Notes: generated by a model not told the origin, from the letters alone. A stretch of 64,000 nucleotides of DNA from Nemertoderma westbladi (GCA_032718475.1 JAUCBJ010006630.1:23117-87116); one strand, 5' to 3'. Shown: positions 39,101 through 52,661, numbered from the stretch's first letter. Numbers and translations: made by a program.

Positions 39101-40372
39101 CAAGCGTTCGAGGGGCTTGAGATGATCCCGAAAGCCTGGATGGTCATCCAGTACTCCACCAGTTTTTGGTCGAGGTCTCCTTCAGGCCACCACAGAAATC
39201 GTAGGCTGTCTCGATCCCTATCCAGCGCCTTAACTTGTAAGAACATACCTTCTATATCCGAGGCAAAAGCGATAGAATATTGCCGGAATCTTAAGAGTAT
39301 TCCCAACAAGGATTGGAGTAAGTTGGGTCCCGGCAACAACTCAGAATTAAGGGATTGGCCCATGTAAAGGGCGGAGCCGTCAAATACTACCCGGACTTCG
39401 TTGGGTTTACCGGGTTTGGGAACGTAATGATGTGTTAGATAATACGTTCTCTCAGTTACGGTTGTTTCTTCTGGTACTCGCTCCACGTATCCCTTATCGA
39501 TGAATTTCTTCAGCTATGTCTTATACATCTCTTTAGCTGAAGCATTGGCCGTAAGACGCCGATGTAGTTGCGCAATTCTCTTCTCCGCCAAGGGTCTGTT
39601 ATTAATAAAGTTTTCGTTCTCGCCGTCTGAACGGAAGACCCCTCTCATACCTACCTTGGTCTTTAAGAAAACGTGTAGTCGTTTCCTGGATCTGCTTGAC
39701 TCTTTCCTCCTCGACAGATAGAGCCTTGTCATAGGAATTAGGCTCTACAGCTTCTTGCGTAAAGAATCGTACGGCGTGTTCATCGTGAAGTTTATCATTG
39801 TATCGATCTATCACCGCATTTAGCTCGTCATTGTAGTCGAATTGTCCGCCATGATTGACAAGATGGCACAGTTGCATTTGGTTTCTCCAAACTTCACTCT
39901 CGGTGAGGAGGTTGATTGTATTTTCCTCGTCAAATATTTGGGTAATATCGTCGTTATCTGAGGAGTATGGTGTTCCCTCAGGTATGGTCTCTCCCTCACT
40001 GATTTCTTCTTCCCATTCACTCACCTGATGGATGTGGTTGGTAGGTACTCTTTCCATGAGTGTTCTACGGGAAGGTCCAGTGAAGTACCAACCTACTCTC
40101 TTTCTTCCAGCATAGGTTTGCAATGGTTGCGGTCGAGCAGGCCGTTTTTCTAATGTCTCAAGCGCCTCATGTGCATTTTGACCGATTAATATTTGCACCC
40201 CTGGGTAGTCGGTGTTGAATCTAGGGATATTATGTTGCTGGGTAAAATAGTCTTCATCCTAGTTGTAAGGTTCCACTTGGCTGGTAGCAAAGTTCTTTAT
40301 CACCACCATTTTTACTGACCTTATGCTATGTTCTCCTAGTTCATCCTGGGGAGTGGACAACGCTCCTACATA
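36137..40372 (-). pseudogene. Bel/Pao pol (protease C-terminus, RT, RNase H, integrase), frameshifted
   Basis: VRVVFDGSA, SDIEGMFLQV, YMDD, GDASD, WTDA, NPAD, H...H...CxxC, DLFGP, SDKGTNF, WERL. Confidence 0.93.
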
Positions 40373-41400
40373 GTGGGTTCTGTACTACCTGAATCAGCAC
40401 TAGCTAGTTGCCTTCTCACAGTTGGGGGCAAATTAGGCAATTTCTGATGGTGGGGCGTTCTTCTACGTTCGCTGGGACGAAATCTATTTTCTCCGCCTTC
40501 AGGATCTGTTGTATCGCCCTTATCAGATGATGTAAATCCCTGTCTCTTGGGAGTAGATTGACTCATCATCTGCATCTGACTAGCTGTTCTCTGCTTATTC
40601 ATGTAGTCTTGCTTCTCTTGAAGATTTTCCAACTCTAGTTGGGTTGTCTCTTCAGATGCCCTCCGTTCTGCTTCTGCCACTGCCTCTGCCGCTTTTCTTT
40701 CCGCTTCTGCTGCTGCTACTTTTCTTGCCACTTCTGCCTCTGCCGCTGCCGCTTTTCTTTCCGCTTCTACTGCTGCATCTGCCGCTTTTCTTTCAGCCTC
40801 TGCCGCTGCCGCTGCCGCTGCCGCTGCAGCTGCCGCCTTTCTTTCCGCTTCTGCCGCTGCCGCTGCTGCTGCCTTTCGGTTTTCTATGCGTTTTTTCTTT
40901 AATTGTTCTTCCTGTTCTCTAGCGATGAGTATGCTTTCATCAAATTTAGCCTGTTCAGCGGCTAACATTTCGGCATATAACGAGTCCAACACAAATTTGG
41001 CTCCCTCACTCTTAGGGTGAAGTCCAGCAAGCCGTCTCCTTTACTCTTTGTCTCCTATAAATCGCTGATAGTCCGACAGATAGATGTCAATAGCATCCTT
41101 CTTCTGAGGTTTTTCGGTCGTAACTCGCTTTCCACTTGAGAAAAGGCAGCGTCTGTTGATTCTCCTTGGGTCGAGTGCTCAGTTAGCTGAATTTTCCATT
41201 GGGCCATTCCTTGGACTTTAAGACTCACTCGTTGGAACCAAGTCTTTACAGCGACTTGCAATGACGTGTCTTGGCTTCTCTTCGGGGCTTCCTCAAAGGC
41301 TGAAAGGATTAGTCTGATCTGTAGAATTTGTTCTCTTCTTGATAAAGCAGCTCTCCCTGCTCTTGAGGTCCGTGAGGTTGTTGAAACAGGTCACACCGGG
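40373..41400 (-). pseudogene. Bel/Pao gag N-terminal coiled-coil fragment of element 2
   Basis: AAAAEAERK repeats homologous to 25580..25915; ends at the STEPT deletion junction. Confidence 0.7.
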
Positions 41401-42974
41401 CTTGAACCAACTTTTAGTTCGAAAAATTTTAACAGTCAAAATGAATGTTTCACGTGATTCATATCAACATTCTAACTTAAAAAAACCAAATTTAAAAAAA
41501 AACGGTTACTTTTTGAAATAATTGAAAAAAGCCGTTTTTGACCAAAAATAGCACTTTGACACCAAATTTTCAAATATGAAAATGCAAAAGATAAAATTGA
41601 ACGGTGAAAAAGAATATCTTACCTGGTTAATATGGTCATTCTAACTACAAAAAATGAAATTAAAAAATTAACGGTCGATTAATTTTTTCAAAAATTTAAA
41701 AAATAACTCTTGACCAAAAATACCATATTTAGCACCAAATTTTCAAATATGAAAATCAATAATTACAATCATATAGGTATTTCTCTTTTTCCACAAAGGT
41801 TTTCATGTAAGGCGAAAATAATGGTAATATTTTCCAGAAGAATTGGTGATATGGTATGCTATTTTTCAGTGGGTGTTACTTGTTGGACACTAAAACAAAT
41901 AATTCTACTTTACTAAGTTACTTATTACTACAAGTTACTTACATATAGTGTGAGATTACAATCTCTAAATAAACAAAAACAAGTGACACGTAGAAATTTT
42001 TAGGGTAATTTTACAGGAAATCTTCAAACCAGCCTAACAAGGAGTTTATAAGTACTACGTTATGTAGCCGGAGTGTCCTTACCTAGAAGTTAATTACCAC
42101 AGCCAACCAGAGCTAACGTGCCTATTAACCACTTTACAACACAAATATACCGCCTACAAACTAAATTACCTTTGGAAAGTAGTGTACTCTAAACCCTAGA
42201 TTAGGTACAAATACTTATACAACAAATAACCAGCAGTTAAATATACTTGAACAGCTAAAAGAACCACGGTATCTGCTGGAGTGACTAGAGCATAAAATCA
42301 ACGGTCTTTACCTACGCCAAGCAGCCCTAATGTAGTACCAGGGTTAATTTAAATATAACGGTATGTATAACAAGCACAATTACTGTAGGAATAAACTTGG
42401 GGAAGTTTGAAGGTTGCGAATACTCGCATAGACTCTGAATAATAAATATTACGCTACCCGTGCAGACTATACAAACAAAATACAGACCAAACACTAGCAG
42501 ACTACTGTCAAGCCCAAACAAACTACAGTATATGCAGACTCCGAAATGGTTAGTTAGTATGCGTTCTAACCAAGTAGTACGACTTATTCTTTTGGGGGGG
42601 ATTAACCTTACAACACTGGATGCCCCCACGTTCCTAACTAGTACTTTATCGGACATTCAATCTACACACACTGCAATCCCTTCAAACCTAACAACAGCCA
42701 GACAACAATCCAGCCTATAAATTATTTGCACAATTTGAGCGGGCTTACACTCCTTCTGCTCAATATTTTGCTTACAGATAAATAAAACTGACAGAAATAA
42801 ATAAGCTCTAAAAGAAACTAAACAGCCTACCACTATACAAACATATCAATCGAAATAATACTAGTACCGGTAAGTACCGGTTCGGGTAGTTGGGCAGTTA
42901 GGCCTACAGCTTACCATTCGACCGGTACCTTGGGCTTTATTGCCTACGGTGCAATAAAGAAGAAAAGCTGTCAT

Positions 42975-43981
42975 TGTTCGCGCTTTCAGACCTTTAGCAG
43001 TTTAACCTGCCAATTTTAGGTTTCCTCTTGTTTATACGTCGACTTTAGCCTACAATAATTAATGGTACACATTAAGTAACATTAGCCGAAACCAGTCTAT
43101 GCGCGACCATTCACCCACTGTTAAGGGAGACTGAATTCAGGCGCTTTGAAGTTATTGCGGTGCAGACCTACTGTATTATTCGATTGATCGTTACTATATA
43201 ATCTCTGACAATATTATTCACTTTCGGGGAGATATTAACAGTTCCTTTAGGACGTGGCGCTTTAAGTATAAAACAGAGTTATGACTTACACTAAACACAA
43301 CGGGGTGACTTCTGATTTTCGCAAATATTGCATTCTTTAGGAGATGCTTTGTTATCAGTCACACTGCTTCACACAACTTCACACTAATGCACACTGATCT
43401 GCCTACCATCACTGAATTTGATCATATATAAGGAGGATTGCAACTGACACATGTAGGGATTATGAAATAGCATTTAATTCACACAAAACCACTATAATGT
43501 AAGTCGCAATTGCTACAGGTAACTGGTCCCTCTTACCTTCAGTAATCAAGAAGATTGGGGGTTTTATGTTTATTTATCGTTATTCTCCAAATATAACAAC
43601 ATATCCATCCATATATAATAATTAAGAACAGACAGTAAACAGAAGTAAAATAATGCGGTGAACAATCAGTATGTTACGTAGTGCATTGAGTTAATGCCGC
43701 CAGTATGCCGTATGATCAGCAATGAGTCAGGTAAGATAGACTGGCTTTGCACTCCTATAATCAAAGCAGTTCCACGTTGGCAGTAAATCAGCTGATAGAT
43801 TGCGTCATCTGAGTTCCGGTCTTTTAGAGTATTAAGCGCATTGCGGAGAAAATGGCTTGTTATGTCCGCTAAAGCACACATGCAGACATAGCAGGTAAAA
43901 ATGGCTTGTTATGTCCGCTAAAACACCTACACGGTATATTGTGTAGAAAAATGGCTTGTTATATCCGCAAAAGCTTTTACA
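42975..43981 (-). repeat. 5' LTR of element 2
   Basis: Direct repeat of 30212-31403. Confidence 0.92.
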
Positions 43982-43986
43982 CTCAT

Positions 43987-46900
43987 GTTCCACCCCGACC
44001 AACAAAGCCATTGGTGAATCTGAGGCAAGTCACTAGACTAGCCTCAGTAAACACCTTAACACTCGGGTCCCCAATGCGACAAGGTAAACTGACTGCCTTG
44101 GCAGATAAGATTTCTCTTAGTGGAGTGGGTGTTCAAGGGCACCGAATGCAGACTGGACAGACTGATGAGGTTCTGATAAAGGACATGGGGGACGGTTGGC
44201 GACTCGCCCTCGCTTCAGCAGATGATAGCGGCAATGGTGGAATTGGTCTATTGATGAATCCAACTGCAAATGCAGCATTGGACAAAATGGACCAAATCTC
44301 TAACCGCATCATCTGTTGCCACTTCTCCATGTTCTGGAAGACTGGCTAAGAAGTTTCCTAAGGTGGTTCTGATTGTGTGCTATGTGACGGGATCCACCGA
44401 GGATCCCGGTTTATCCGGTTATCTTGACTATGCATCCCCGCCGTGTGTATGTGAAAGAAATTCTGATTGAGAGTCTTATTGTCTTTGGTATGTATAATAA
44501 TAAAGTATAAGCACAGATTGAATGAGTACCGGTAAGATAGTGATGACTAGATGATGATGGTGGCAGTGGTCGAGGACGGTGTTAAGAGTTCCCGTTCTGC
44601 CCTAAATAACTGACTAACTAAAGTGAATGAAATGACACAACAACTGGTAATATATTGCACTGGTTGGCCGTATTACATTACTCAGCGGATGCCTGCCCCC
44701 CATTGGCTAATAACTCACTTCTCGCCCTCCTATCTCTCTGGGAGTGTTTCCCCTCGCTGCTGTCACTCTCTCCCTCCCGGAGGTGTAACCTCTGACCCCC
44801 ATTGTGCGTGTGTCCCTTTGGGGTTTGTCGCCCCGTTTATTGGGGTGATACGAGGTTGATTGGCAATCAACCTCGTACTTCCAATATTGCTTAAATCCAA
44901 CTTTGTGGGGTGATTGGCGGAATTGAATTCACTAACATGCTACTCTCCAACTAGTGTTGCCCCTGTAGAGGAGGTGAAAAATTTCTACCAGAATCTACAA
45001 GCAGCTACTGATAGAGTGGATCAGCATGCATTCTTAACATTCCTGGGAGACTTTAATGCAAATCTGCATCAATCACCTACATCGCCCTGGGTCTATAACA
45101 ATAGTGTTAACCGAAATTCCGTCCATCTTCAGGATTTTATCTCTGAAAATGGATTGTTTTCGGCTGTACCCATTTCAAGAAGCGAACTGGAAAGCTATGG
45201 ACTCATTGTGGACCCAGTGGTCACAAGCCCCAGATAGACCATATCCTGTTTCGTAGGAAATACAGGAGCTCTATACAAGACTGTAATGCATTTACAATAC
45301 GACCCTTCTCCAATGATCACCGCCTTATTGTGGCCAAGGTAAGACTTAGTCTGCGTGCTAGCAGAACAACGAAATCTGCCTTGCCGCGGCATGACTGGTC
45401 CTCTCTGTTGCAACAGCCATGTGTGAGATCCAGCTTCACACTACAGCTGAGCAACAGGTATGAGGTTCTTGCCTCTGAGGCCGCAGATCACTGTGAGGGC
45501 TATACTGCCTTCACAGAGGCAGTTAAGTTAGCAGCCGCAGAAACAGTTCCTGTATACCCTCGAAACAGGAAATGGGCCACCTGGACTGACAACAAAATTC
45601 AGAAGTGCCGAAATGACCTCTACAAGGCGCAGAAAAAGTCCCGACTCAAACAGAATACAGCGGCCAAGAATGCAGCTAAGGCTGCTTCTAGGTCCCTGAA
45701 CAGGCAGTACTCTGTTAATTAAAGGATTGATTAATTAATTAAAGGAGCTAATAAACCAACAGGTTGATGCCATCAATGATGCTGACGACAACAGGCAATC
45801 ATCCCAGGCAAGGAGATCGTTCAACTTGCTTGCTGGTCGAAAAAGCCAAGCAACCACCAAGTTTAAGACTGAATCACCAGCCGATCGCCTCAATGGTTGG
45901 AAGGCCCACTTTGAAAAGCTCCTCAATAATGATAGGGTATTGCCTGACAACTTTATAGAAGTAAAAGTGTCTAAGTCTGTACTCCCAGATATTCCCATTG
46001 GTGATATTTCCTTTGCAGAAGTGAAGGCTGCTGCAAAGAGCATTAAGACCAATCGTGCCAGTGGAGTAGATGGTTTTCCCCCTGAGGTCTTTAAAATACC
46101 TAAGTGTTTAAAGCTCACCTATCCCATCATAGTAGACATGTACCGAACAACAAGAGTCCCACAAGAAATGAAAACAAATTGGTGCCAGTTCCCAAGAAGG
46201 GCAACCTAACACTCTATGGTTCTTTTCGAGGAATCTCATTGATCTCGATTGCTGCAAAGCTATACAATAGAATTCTATTAAATCACATCAGGGATCCCAT
46301 TGAGAGACTGCTCCGTGGAAATCAGAATGGGTTCCGTAAAGGTCGTGGGACCATGTAGCCCATTTTGGCACCTAGAAGGATAATTGAAGAGTTATCGAAA
46401 ATGAAAGACAGGCATCTGGCTTTTATCTTTGTTGACTTCTTCAAGGCCTATGATTCAGTCTCTCACTCACGTATGTTCAGCATACTTTCATTATATGGGA
46501 TACCTGATGAAATTATTGCAGCAATCAGATCAGTATACGATGGTTCGACAACAATTGTGTCTACTGTTGACGGTGACACAGAACCATTTGAAGTGTTATG
46601 GGGCGTCCTCCAGGGAAACACACTTTCACCATTCTTGTTCATAATTGTTGTTGACTATGTCCTACGCATGTCCTTAGATCATCATAATGATGATGGGGTG
46701 ATGATAACTCCACCTACTGGCTCCAGAAGTCGAGGAAATCCTGCCAAGTACCTAACTGATCTAGACTTTGCTGATGACTTAGGAGTACTCTCAGAATCAC
46801 TAGAGAGACTAATGAGCTCCTCAGCTCATTAAAATATGCTGCATCTAGTGTTGGTCTTTTTATTAACTCCAGAAAAACCAAAATTTTGACAGTTAACTTT

Positions 46901-47542
46901 GAAAGTCCTCAGCAAGTCTCTGATCGGATGAGCAAAAGCACAAAAGATGGTATGCTTGAGCATGTGGACGACTTCTGTTACCTGGGATCATGGATCCGGA
47001 AGTCAGGTGAGGACCTTCGAATACGTAAGGGAAAGGCATGGGCAGCCTTGAATAGGCATTCCAGGATTTGGAAGTCACCGAGAATTAATCGGACACTTAA
47101 GGTCCGATTATTTAGAGCAGCAGTAGTTCCAGTACTTTCAGGGAGTCCATGCTGGGCTCTAACTGCTGTGGACACCAAATCTCTGGATGGCACATTCACA
47201 AGAATGCTACGCCGGGTTCATTGTGTCAAGTACAATGCACACATCTCCAACCAGACACTATATAACATTGGAGGTGTCTCATTGGTTCCCCCAAGCTTGA
47301 CACTAGAACAAAATCGCCTCCGCTTTGCAGGACATTGCTTTCGCCGTGAGGACCAGCTAGTGCATAATCTTGTACTTTGGCAGCCTCATGGAGTGAATAA
47401 GCATGGTGGACACCCCATGACTTTCTTGAGACGCATCTTAAAGGACACTGGCCTTGAAGATGCGGATGATCTAGCAAATGTCATGGGTGATAGGGAGTTG
47501 TGGCGGTGCAATTTTGTCGATAAGCCGGCACAGCATTCTTAA
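43987..47542 (+). pseudogene. LINE B APE-RT ORF, disrupted
   Basis: GGIGLL, CYSPT, GDFNA, RASGVDG, QNGFR, DFFKAYDSV, QGNTLSPFLF, DFADD, RLRFAGHC; stops, frameshifts and a solo LTR insertion. Confidence 0.92.
44383..44937 (-). mobile_element. Solo LTR related to the element X LTRs
   Basis: Minus strand TGTTAGTGAATTCAATTCC...GATCCCGTCACA; TSD TGCTA (44378-44382, 44938-44942); splits the LINE B VCY|SPT motif. Confidence 0.9.
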
Positions 47543-47908
47543 AAATGCAGCTGCAATGCAGCATGCCGATCCTAGTAGTCCTTTTGTTACACCTTGAACC
47601 AAGTGTGCCTCCTGGGTTAGGTTAGCTAACACTGGTAGAGGAGCATCCAGCATAGACAGGGCGGGGCGTGTACCGGTATCATCTCTATTGCAGATGCGTA
47701 TCAAGCCTTTGCCTTCAATGGTGCCCTAGGCGCTATAGCCCTCAATGACTTATTTAGTTGACAGGGCTAAAACCAAGCCACTCTTGATCAACTAAATACT
47801 GAATAGGCTATGCTAGGCTTATCGGGCCTGCCCTACTGGGCTGACAGCTACCGGTAGTACCACATTACCGCCATAGTGGTAGCAGGATCCGGGGACCTGA
47901 CCTGACTA

Positions 47909-48240
47909 TAAATTTAATAATAATTTATAATAACTACTTAATTTAATAATATTATATAATAATCATTTATAATAATAATTTAATTTAATAATATTATATA
48001 ATAATAATTTGATTTAATAATAATTTATAATAATAATTTAATTTAATAATAATATATAATGATAATTTACAGTAATTTAATTTAATAATAATATATAATA
48101 ATAATTTAATTTAATAATAATATATAATAATAATTTAATTTAATAATAATATATAATAATAATTTAATTTAATAATAATATATACTAATAATTTAATTTA
48201 ATAATAATATATAATAATAATATAATATAAAATAAAATTC
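47909..48240. repeat. AT-only minisatellite (AATAATAATTTAATTT-type)
   Basis: Direct observation; the same motif occurs at about 12215-12250. Confidence 0.85.
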
Positions 48241-48391
48241 AATTTTATAAACAAACAATGAGACTAAACTTGCATCCAGCTGTATAATATACAAGAAACA
48301 GGCGCTAGTAATCGTAACAATAATTTGTTGTTGCATATAATACTGGCGTTACTACAAACAGATTCGAAACTCCGGATAAATAGTTCCTTAA

Positions 48392-49938
48392 CCCTATTAA
48401 ACCCGGGGGGGGGGTCAATATGACCCCTCCCATGGTTTTTTTATTATAATTCTGAAACAAACGCAGTTGGGAATCTGAAATCTCTGAAATCTGAAATCAA
48501 TCTTCCTAGTAGTGAAAACCGTTTTCAAAAATATTGGGTACTTTTCGATTTATAGCACCATTTTTTAACCCTACTTTTGGCACTTTTTTTGAGACGTTTT
48601 TTGAAAATTACATTTCATTAAATATGAATTGTAACATCTCGGTTTTTGATTTACACCGGTTTTTTGGTGTTAGAAATTGGATGGAATTCATATAAATTGA
48701 TTTAGAAATTTCTAACTTGTTTTTTTCGATGGGTGCCAAATTTTGGTGCCAGCACCAAATTTTGAAATAAGTCAATTTTGTAAATTGATTGTTTGAAACT
48801 TGTTTTTTACGCAATTGTGGTTTTTTGAGGTTCTGGATTCGATGAAATATATACGAGTTGAACCAAGCGTATCAAACTTGTATTTTTCGGTGCTGTGTGC
48901 TAATTTTGGTGCTAGCACGAAATTTTGAAAATCCATTCAATATATAAAATTGCTTGTGACAATTTATTTTTTGCGTATTAGAGGTTTATGGCTGTTCTGA
49001 ATTCAATGTAAAATATAATTATCGAACTAGACATCTCAAACTTGTATTTTTCGGATGTGGGTGCAAAATGTGGTGCTAGCACCAAATTTTGAAAACCATC
49101 AAATATATCAATTGATTGTGTCACCTTGTTTCTTGCGTTATACGGGTTTGTGATGGTTCTGAATTCAATGGAATCAGTAAAAATTTCATAAGGGTTCTCA
49201 AACTTGTATTTTTCGCCGGTGGGTGAAAATTGTTGTGCCAGCACCAAATTTTCTGAAAATATGCAAATTGATAAGTAGATAGTATCACCTTGTTTCTTGC
49301 GTTATACGGGTTTATGAGGGTCCTGAATCCGATGGAATCCATAAAAACAGCACTGGACATCGCAAACTTGTACTTTTTGGTGATGGGTACGAAATTTGGT
49401 GCTAGCACAAAAATTTGCTAAATTACGCCGAAAAATACAAGTATCAATGATCTGGCTTATTAGAAATGTATTCCATTAGAATCAGCGCTCTCGAAAACCT
49501 GAAAATGTGAATTTATAGCATCGTATAAGTGAATTAAAAATTTTGTGTTCTACCTGAAAAGTGCTGGTTACTTGTTTTTTTCATTTTTTTCCTACGCAGA
49601 GAGGACTAAACGGCCATTTATAGTAATCATATCATTTTTAAATATTTTCCAATGTATTTTGCACCCCAGAAAACCTGTATTGAAAAATAATTAGCCGAAA
49701 ATGTAACTTTCAAATTTTTTGAAAATTGTGCACTACTTGTAATTTTGGTGCTGCAATAGAACCACCCCAGTACATTTTTTCGAAAATTTTTTTTTTCGGT
49801 CGGATCCAGACAAGTGATACCTACGTACAAACAAAAAATCAGACGTTTTCGTAAATATTTGTAGATTTTAGAGGGGGGGGGTCAATATGACCCCCTCCCG
49901 GTATTTGTACAGCATTTTATAGCCCGGTACTAATAGGG
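48392..49938. mobile_element. Non-autonomous piggyBac-type DNA transposon
   Basis: TTAA|CCCTATTA...TAATAGGG|TTAA; subterminal GGGGTCAATATGACCCC at both ends; internal tandem repeats; no transposase ORF. Confidence 0.8.
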
Positions 49939-50599
49939 TTAAGTCGTATTTTTGGGCTATTTCCGTCTTTATGTCTAACTGACAACTGTATTCATTCAAA
50001 ACTCATGGAGCAGGATTTATGAAACTGACAATGCGAGATAGCGATGTCACAGGAATTGATTTTGTGTACGTATTGTATTATTATTATTATTATTATAAGT
50101 CTTCTATGTACTTAATTTCTGAATATATGACCTCAATACAGTGAAATCCTTCTTTTAAAATTAACTATTAAAAAAATACTAGCTACACCCTACCCACCCA
50201 CTCACCTTGCCAGCAACAATAAAAATGCGATGAAACACTACAAAAATTAAGTTCTAGAACAAACATTATTTGTTCTAGAAATTTTTTTTTCCAGTTCTGA
50301 TTAGCGAAGATGTTCTAGAACATTATTTAAAAGTAAAAATAGAGCATTAATTATTTCTGAATTTTTTTAATTGTTCAAGAACAAATAATATTTGTTCTAG
50401 AACATTTAATATTTATTTATAAATTAGCTATCATAGCTATCATCTATTCTGGAACATGTTCATAAAAAGAAATAGCAAAAACTAACTGTAATAAAAATTT
50501 TGAGGGGGGGTGTACCTATAACACACTAGTATCGGTACCGGCACCGTGTTGTAAATACAACAAGATTATACACTTTATATACTTTACACAAAATATACT

Positions 50600-50667
50600 T
50601 TTTTTGAAAATATACTTTTTCGTTAGACTTGATTACTGTAAGAATTGTTGACTGACTGGCTGGCTGA

Positions 50668-50698
<31 letters not shown>

Positions 50699-50850
50699 AT
50701 CTACAGCCAAAACTACTCTAACGATTTTGATGAAATTTTCACAGCATCTAGATACCGCGATTCTAAGGTCCCTGGCATGATCGGCTACTCCGTCCATAGC
50801 CTCTGGGCTCGAAAAATAGAGATAAACTAAAAAAACGCCATAGGCGCAAT
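50600..50850. mobile_element. Possible DINE/HINE-like (non-autonomous Helentron-type) fragment
   Basis: (GACT/GGCT)n tract followed by AAAACTACTCTAACGATTTTGATGAAATTTT, resembling the core of such elements; boundaries unclear. Confidence 0.4.
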
Positions 50851-51029
50851 GGTAAAATAACACCCATGACAGCTGGTGTCCTGATGAAAAATGGCTTATG
50901 TAATGCATTTCTACACAAGGCTTAGTAATAAATCGATGAGGTTGCCAAGAGTATTATACTTAGTACACCCATACTGTTTGTTTAGGCCCTGCACTCTCTG
51001 TCAAAGTAAACATTAACTGGTTGATTTAG

Positions 51030-51510
51030 TTTGTGGTTCTACACAGGCTTAATATAAATCGATGAGGCTGCCAACTCGTTGGTTTAGTTTGCAATCTATT
51101 ACCGCCTCAGCTGAATAACTCATCCCCCTGCTGAATGACTGTTAGGTACAGTGTATTGGCTACATTAATGCCAACATTAATACTGTGGAGGCAGTATGCT
51201 TATAAGGTGGAATGTTTACTCAGCCATATACTGATACTCTGTAAGGCTAAGACTAACATTATAGTTTGAAATATAAAAATCACTGCGTTTGTGGTTCTAC
51301 ACAGGCTTAGTATAAATCGATGAGGCTGCCAACTCCTTGGTTTAGTTTGCGATCTATTACCGCCTCAGCTGAATAACTCTTCCCCCTGCAGAATGACAGT
51401 TAGGTACACAGTGTATTGGCTACATTAATGCCAACATTAATACTGTGGAGACTGTATGCTTATAAGGCGGAATGTTTACACAGCCATATACTGATACTCT
51501 GTAAGGCTGT
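51030..51510. repeat. Direct repeat, period about 258 bp, two copies
   Basis: TTTGTGGTTCTACACAGGCTT...GATACTCTGTAAGGCT occurs twice. Confidence 0.8.
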
Positions 51511-52119
51511 AAAGTATATAAAAAGTTGTATACACAAAATTTTATACACTATAATAAAAGGCATTAGCGCGGCCTGGGTGCCCACTTATTGTAGCATAAG
51601 CATTTTTACCTAATTTTTTTATAAATGTTATAGAACACGTGTTAGCTATCAATTTTGATAAATATTTTTGTTCTAGAACACATTTTTTTTGTTGGAAAAT
51701 ATTTTTTATACTAGCTAGATTTTTCAACTTTTTTTTATAAATGTTAGAAAAATAAGAACTCACAGTACTCACAGTGTCGGCAGTGACTCACAGTACCTCA
51801 CTGGTACCTCATTTTATAGCACCGTATAGCACCTCATTTTTAAAACGTATATTGTTGTTTCTATAGTTACGTTGAAGAGTTCTAGAACAATATAAAAGTG
51901 TTATATCCTATTCTAGAACATAAATAAAATAAAAATATAATGTTCTAGAATATATATAGCTAGTTTTTTTAATAACATAACATAACAAAATAATTCATAA
52001 CTCATAACAAAATTAAGCGGTAATTTCAAATTTTAATTGGTTGTTTTGGTTTTTGGTAGGGCTGTAGGGCAGTAAGTATAATGGAATATAAAGTCCTGCT
52101 GATACAGGTAATAAAATGT

Positions 52120-52661
52120 GTGTCAGTCTGTCTGTCAAAAAAATAAGGAAGCATATTATGTAATGAAAACATTCGCCATGGGGGTTTTCCAGGTAGCTGA
52201 TCTCATTTCTGATGCCAGTTTTTACGACTGACCAACTCAAGGCTGTCTGTGTCTGTATGTATGTCTGTTTGTGTGTTTATCAGTCTGTCAGTCAATAAAT
52301 AAGGAAGAATATTATGTAATAAAAATATTCGCCATGGGGGTTTTCCAGGTCTCTGATTTTATTTCTGATGTCAGTTTTCACGCCTGGCTCGACTCACGAC
52401 ACACTGTGTGACAGACAAAAAAACAGACACAGACAACCTAGAGTTGGTCAGTTGTAAAACCTGACATCAAAAATGAAATCAGAGACCTAGAAAACCCCCA
52501 TAGCGAATGTTTTTATTACATAATATGCTTCCTTATTTTTTGACAGACATACTGCCAGACAAACAGACATACATTCAGACACAGACAGCCTAGAGTTCGT
52601 CAGTCGTAAAAACTGACATCAGAAATGAAATCACCAACCATTAAAACCCCCAGAGCGCGAA
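52120..52661. repeat. Foldback-like array: two forward and two inverted units of about 150 bp, the last cut by element 3
   Basis: ATAAGGAAGCATATTATGTAAT...CATTCGCCATGGGGTTTTCCAGG and its reverse complement. Confidence 0.75.

Larger units (their letters stand above)
30212..43981 (-). mobile_element. Bel/Pao LTR retrotransposon, element 2 (gag core and protease N-terminus deleted; RT, RNase H and integrase present but disrupted)
   Basis: LTRs 30212-31403 and 42975-43981; TSD CTCAT (30207-30211, 43982-43986); PPT GGGAGTGG next to 31403. Confidence 0.92.
29770..47577 (+). mobile_element. Full-length RTE-clade LINE (LINE B) inserted in the 5' region of LINE A
   Basis: 14-bp TSD GTCCTTTTGTTACA at 29756-29769 and 47578-47591; ORF starts at 29969 and resumes at 43987 after element 2; short TAG tail. 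Confidence 0.9.
12637..47908 (-). mobile_element. Full-length RTE-clade LINE (LINE A) interrupted by nested insertions
   Basis: (TAG)n 3' tail at about 12637-12652; APE, RT and RTE-type C-terminal fragments; 5' region at 29706-29769 and 47592-47908; TSD TAAATTTAATAATA at 12623-12636 and 47909-47922. Confidence 0.85.

Noticed and set aside
41410-41870. AT-rich foreign segment in the leader of element 2
   Set aside because: Looks like a fragment of another repeat replacing the gag start, but no termini or TSD could be defined
48700-49420. Periodic repeats as a CRISPR-like array
   Set aside because: Eukaryotic context; the intervening sequence is itself repeated and lies inside a TTAA-flanked element
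50206-50237. 32-bp minus-strand micro-exon (TTTTGTAG...GTGAGT) as the signal-peptide exon of the LRR gene
   Set aside because: The hydrophobic frame ends in phase 2 while the LRR exon starts in phase 0; it lies in repetitive DNA and has no other support
50240-51960. Many TTCTAGAA palindromes as heat-shock elements
   Set aside because: Only two nGAAn units each, not canonical three-unit arrays; more likely subterminal repeats of a DNA element
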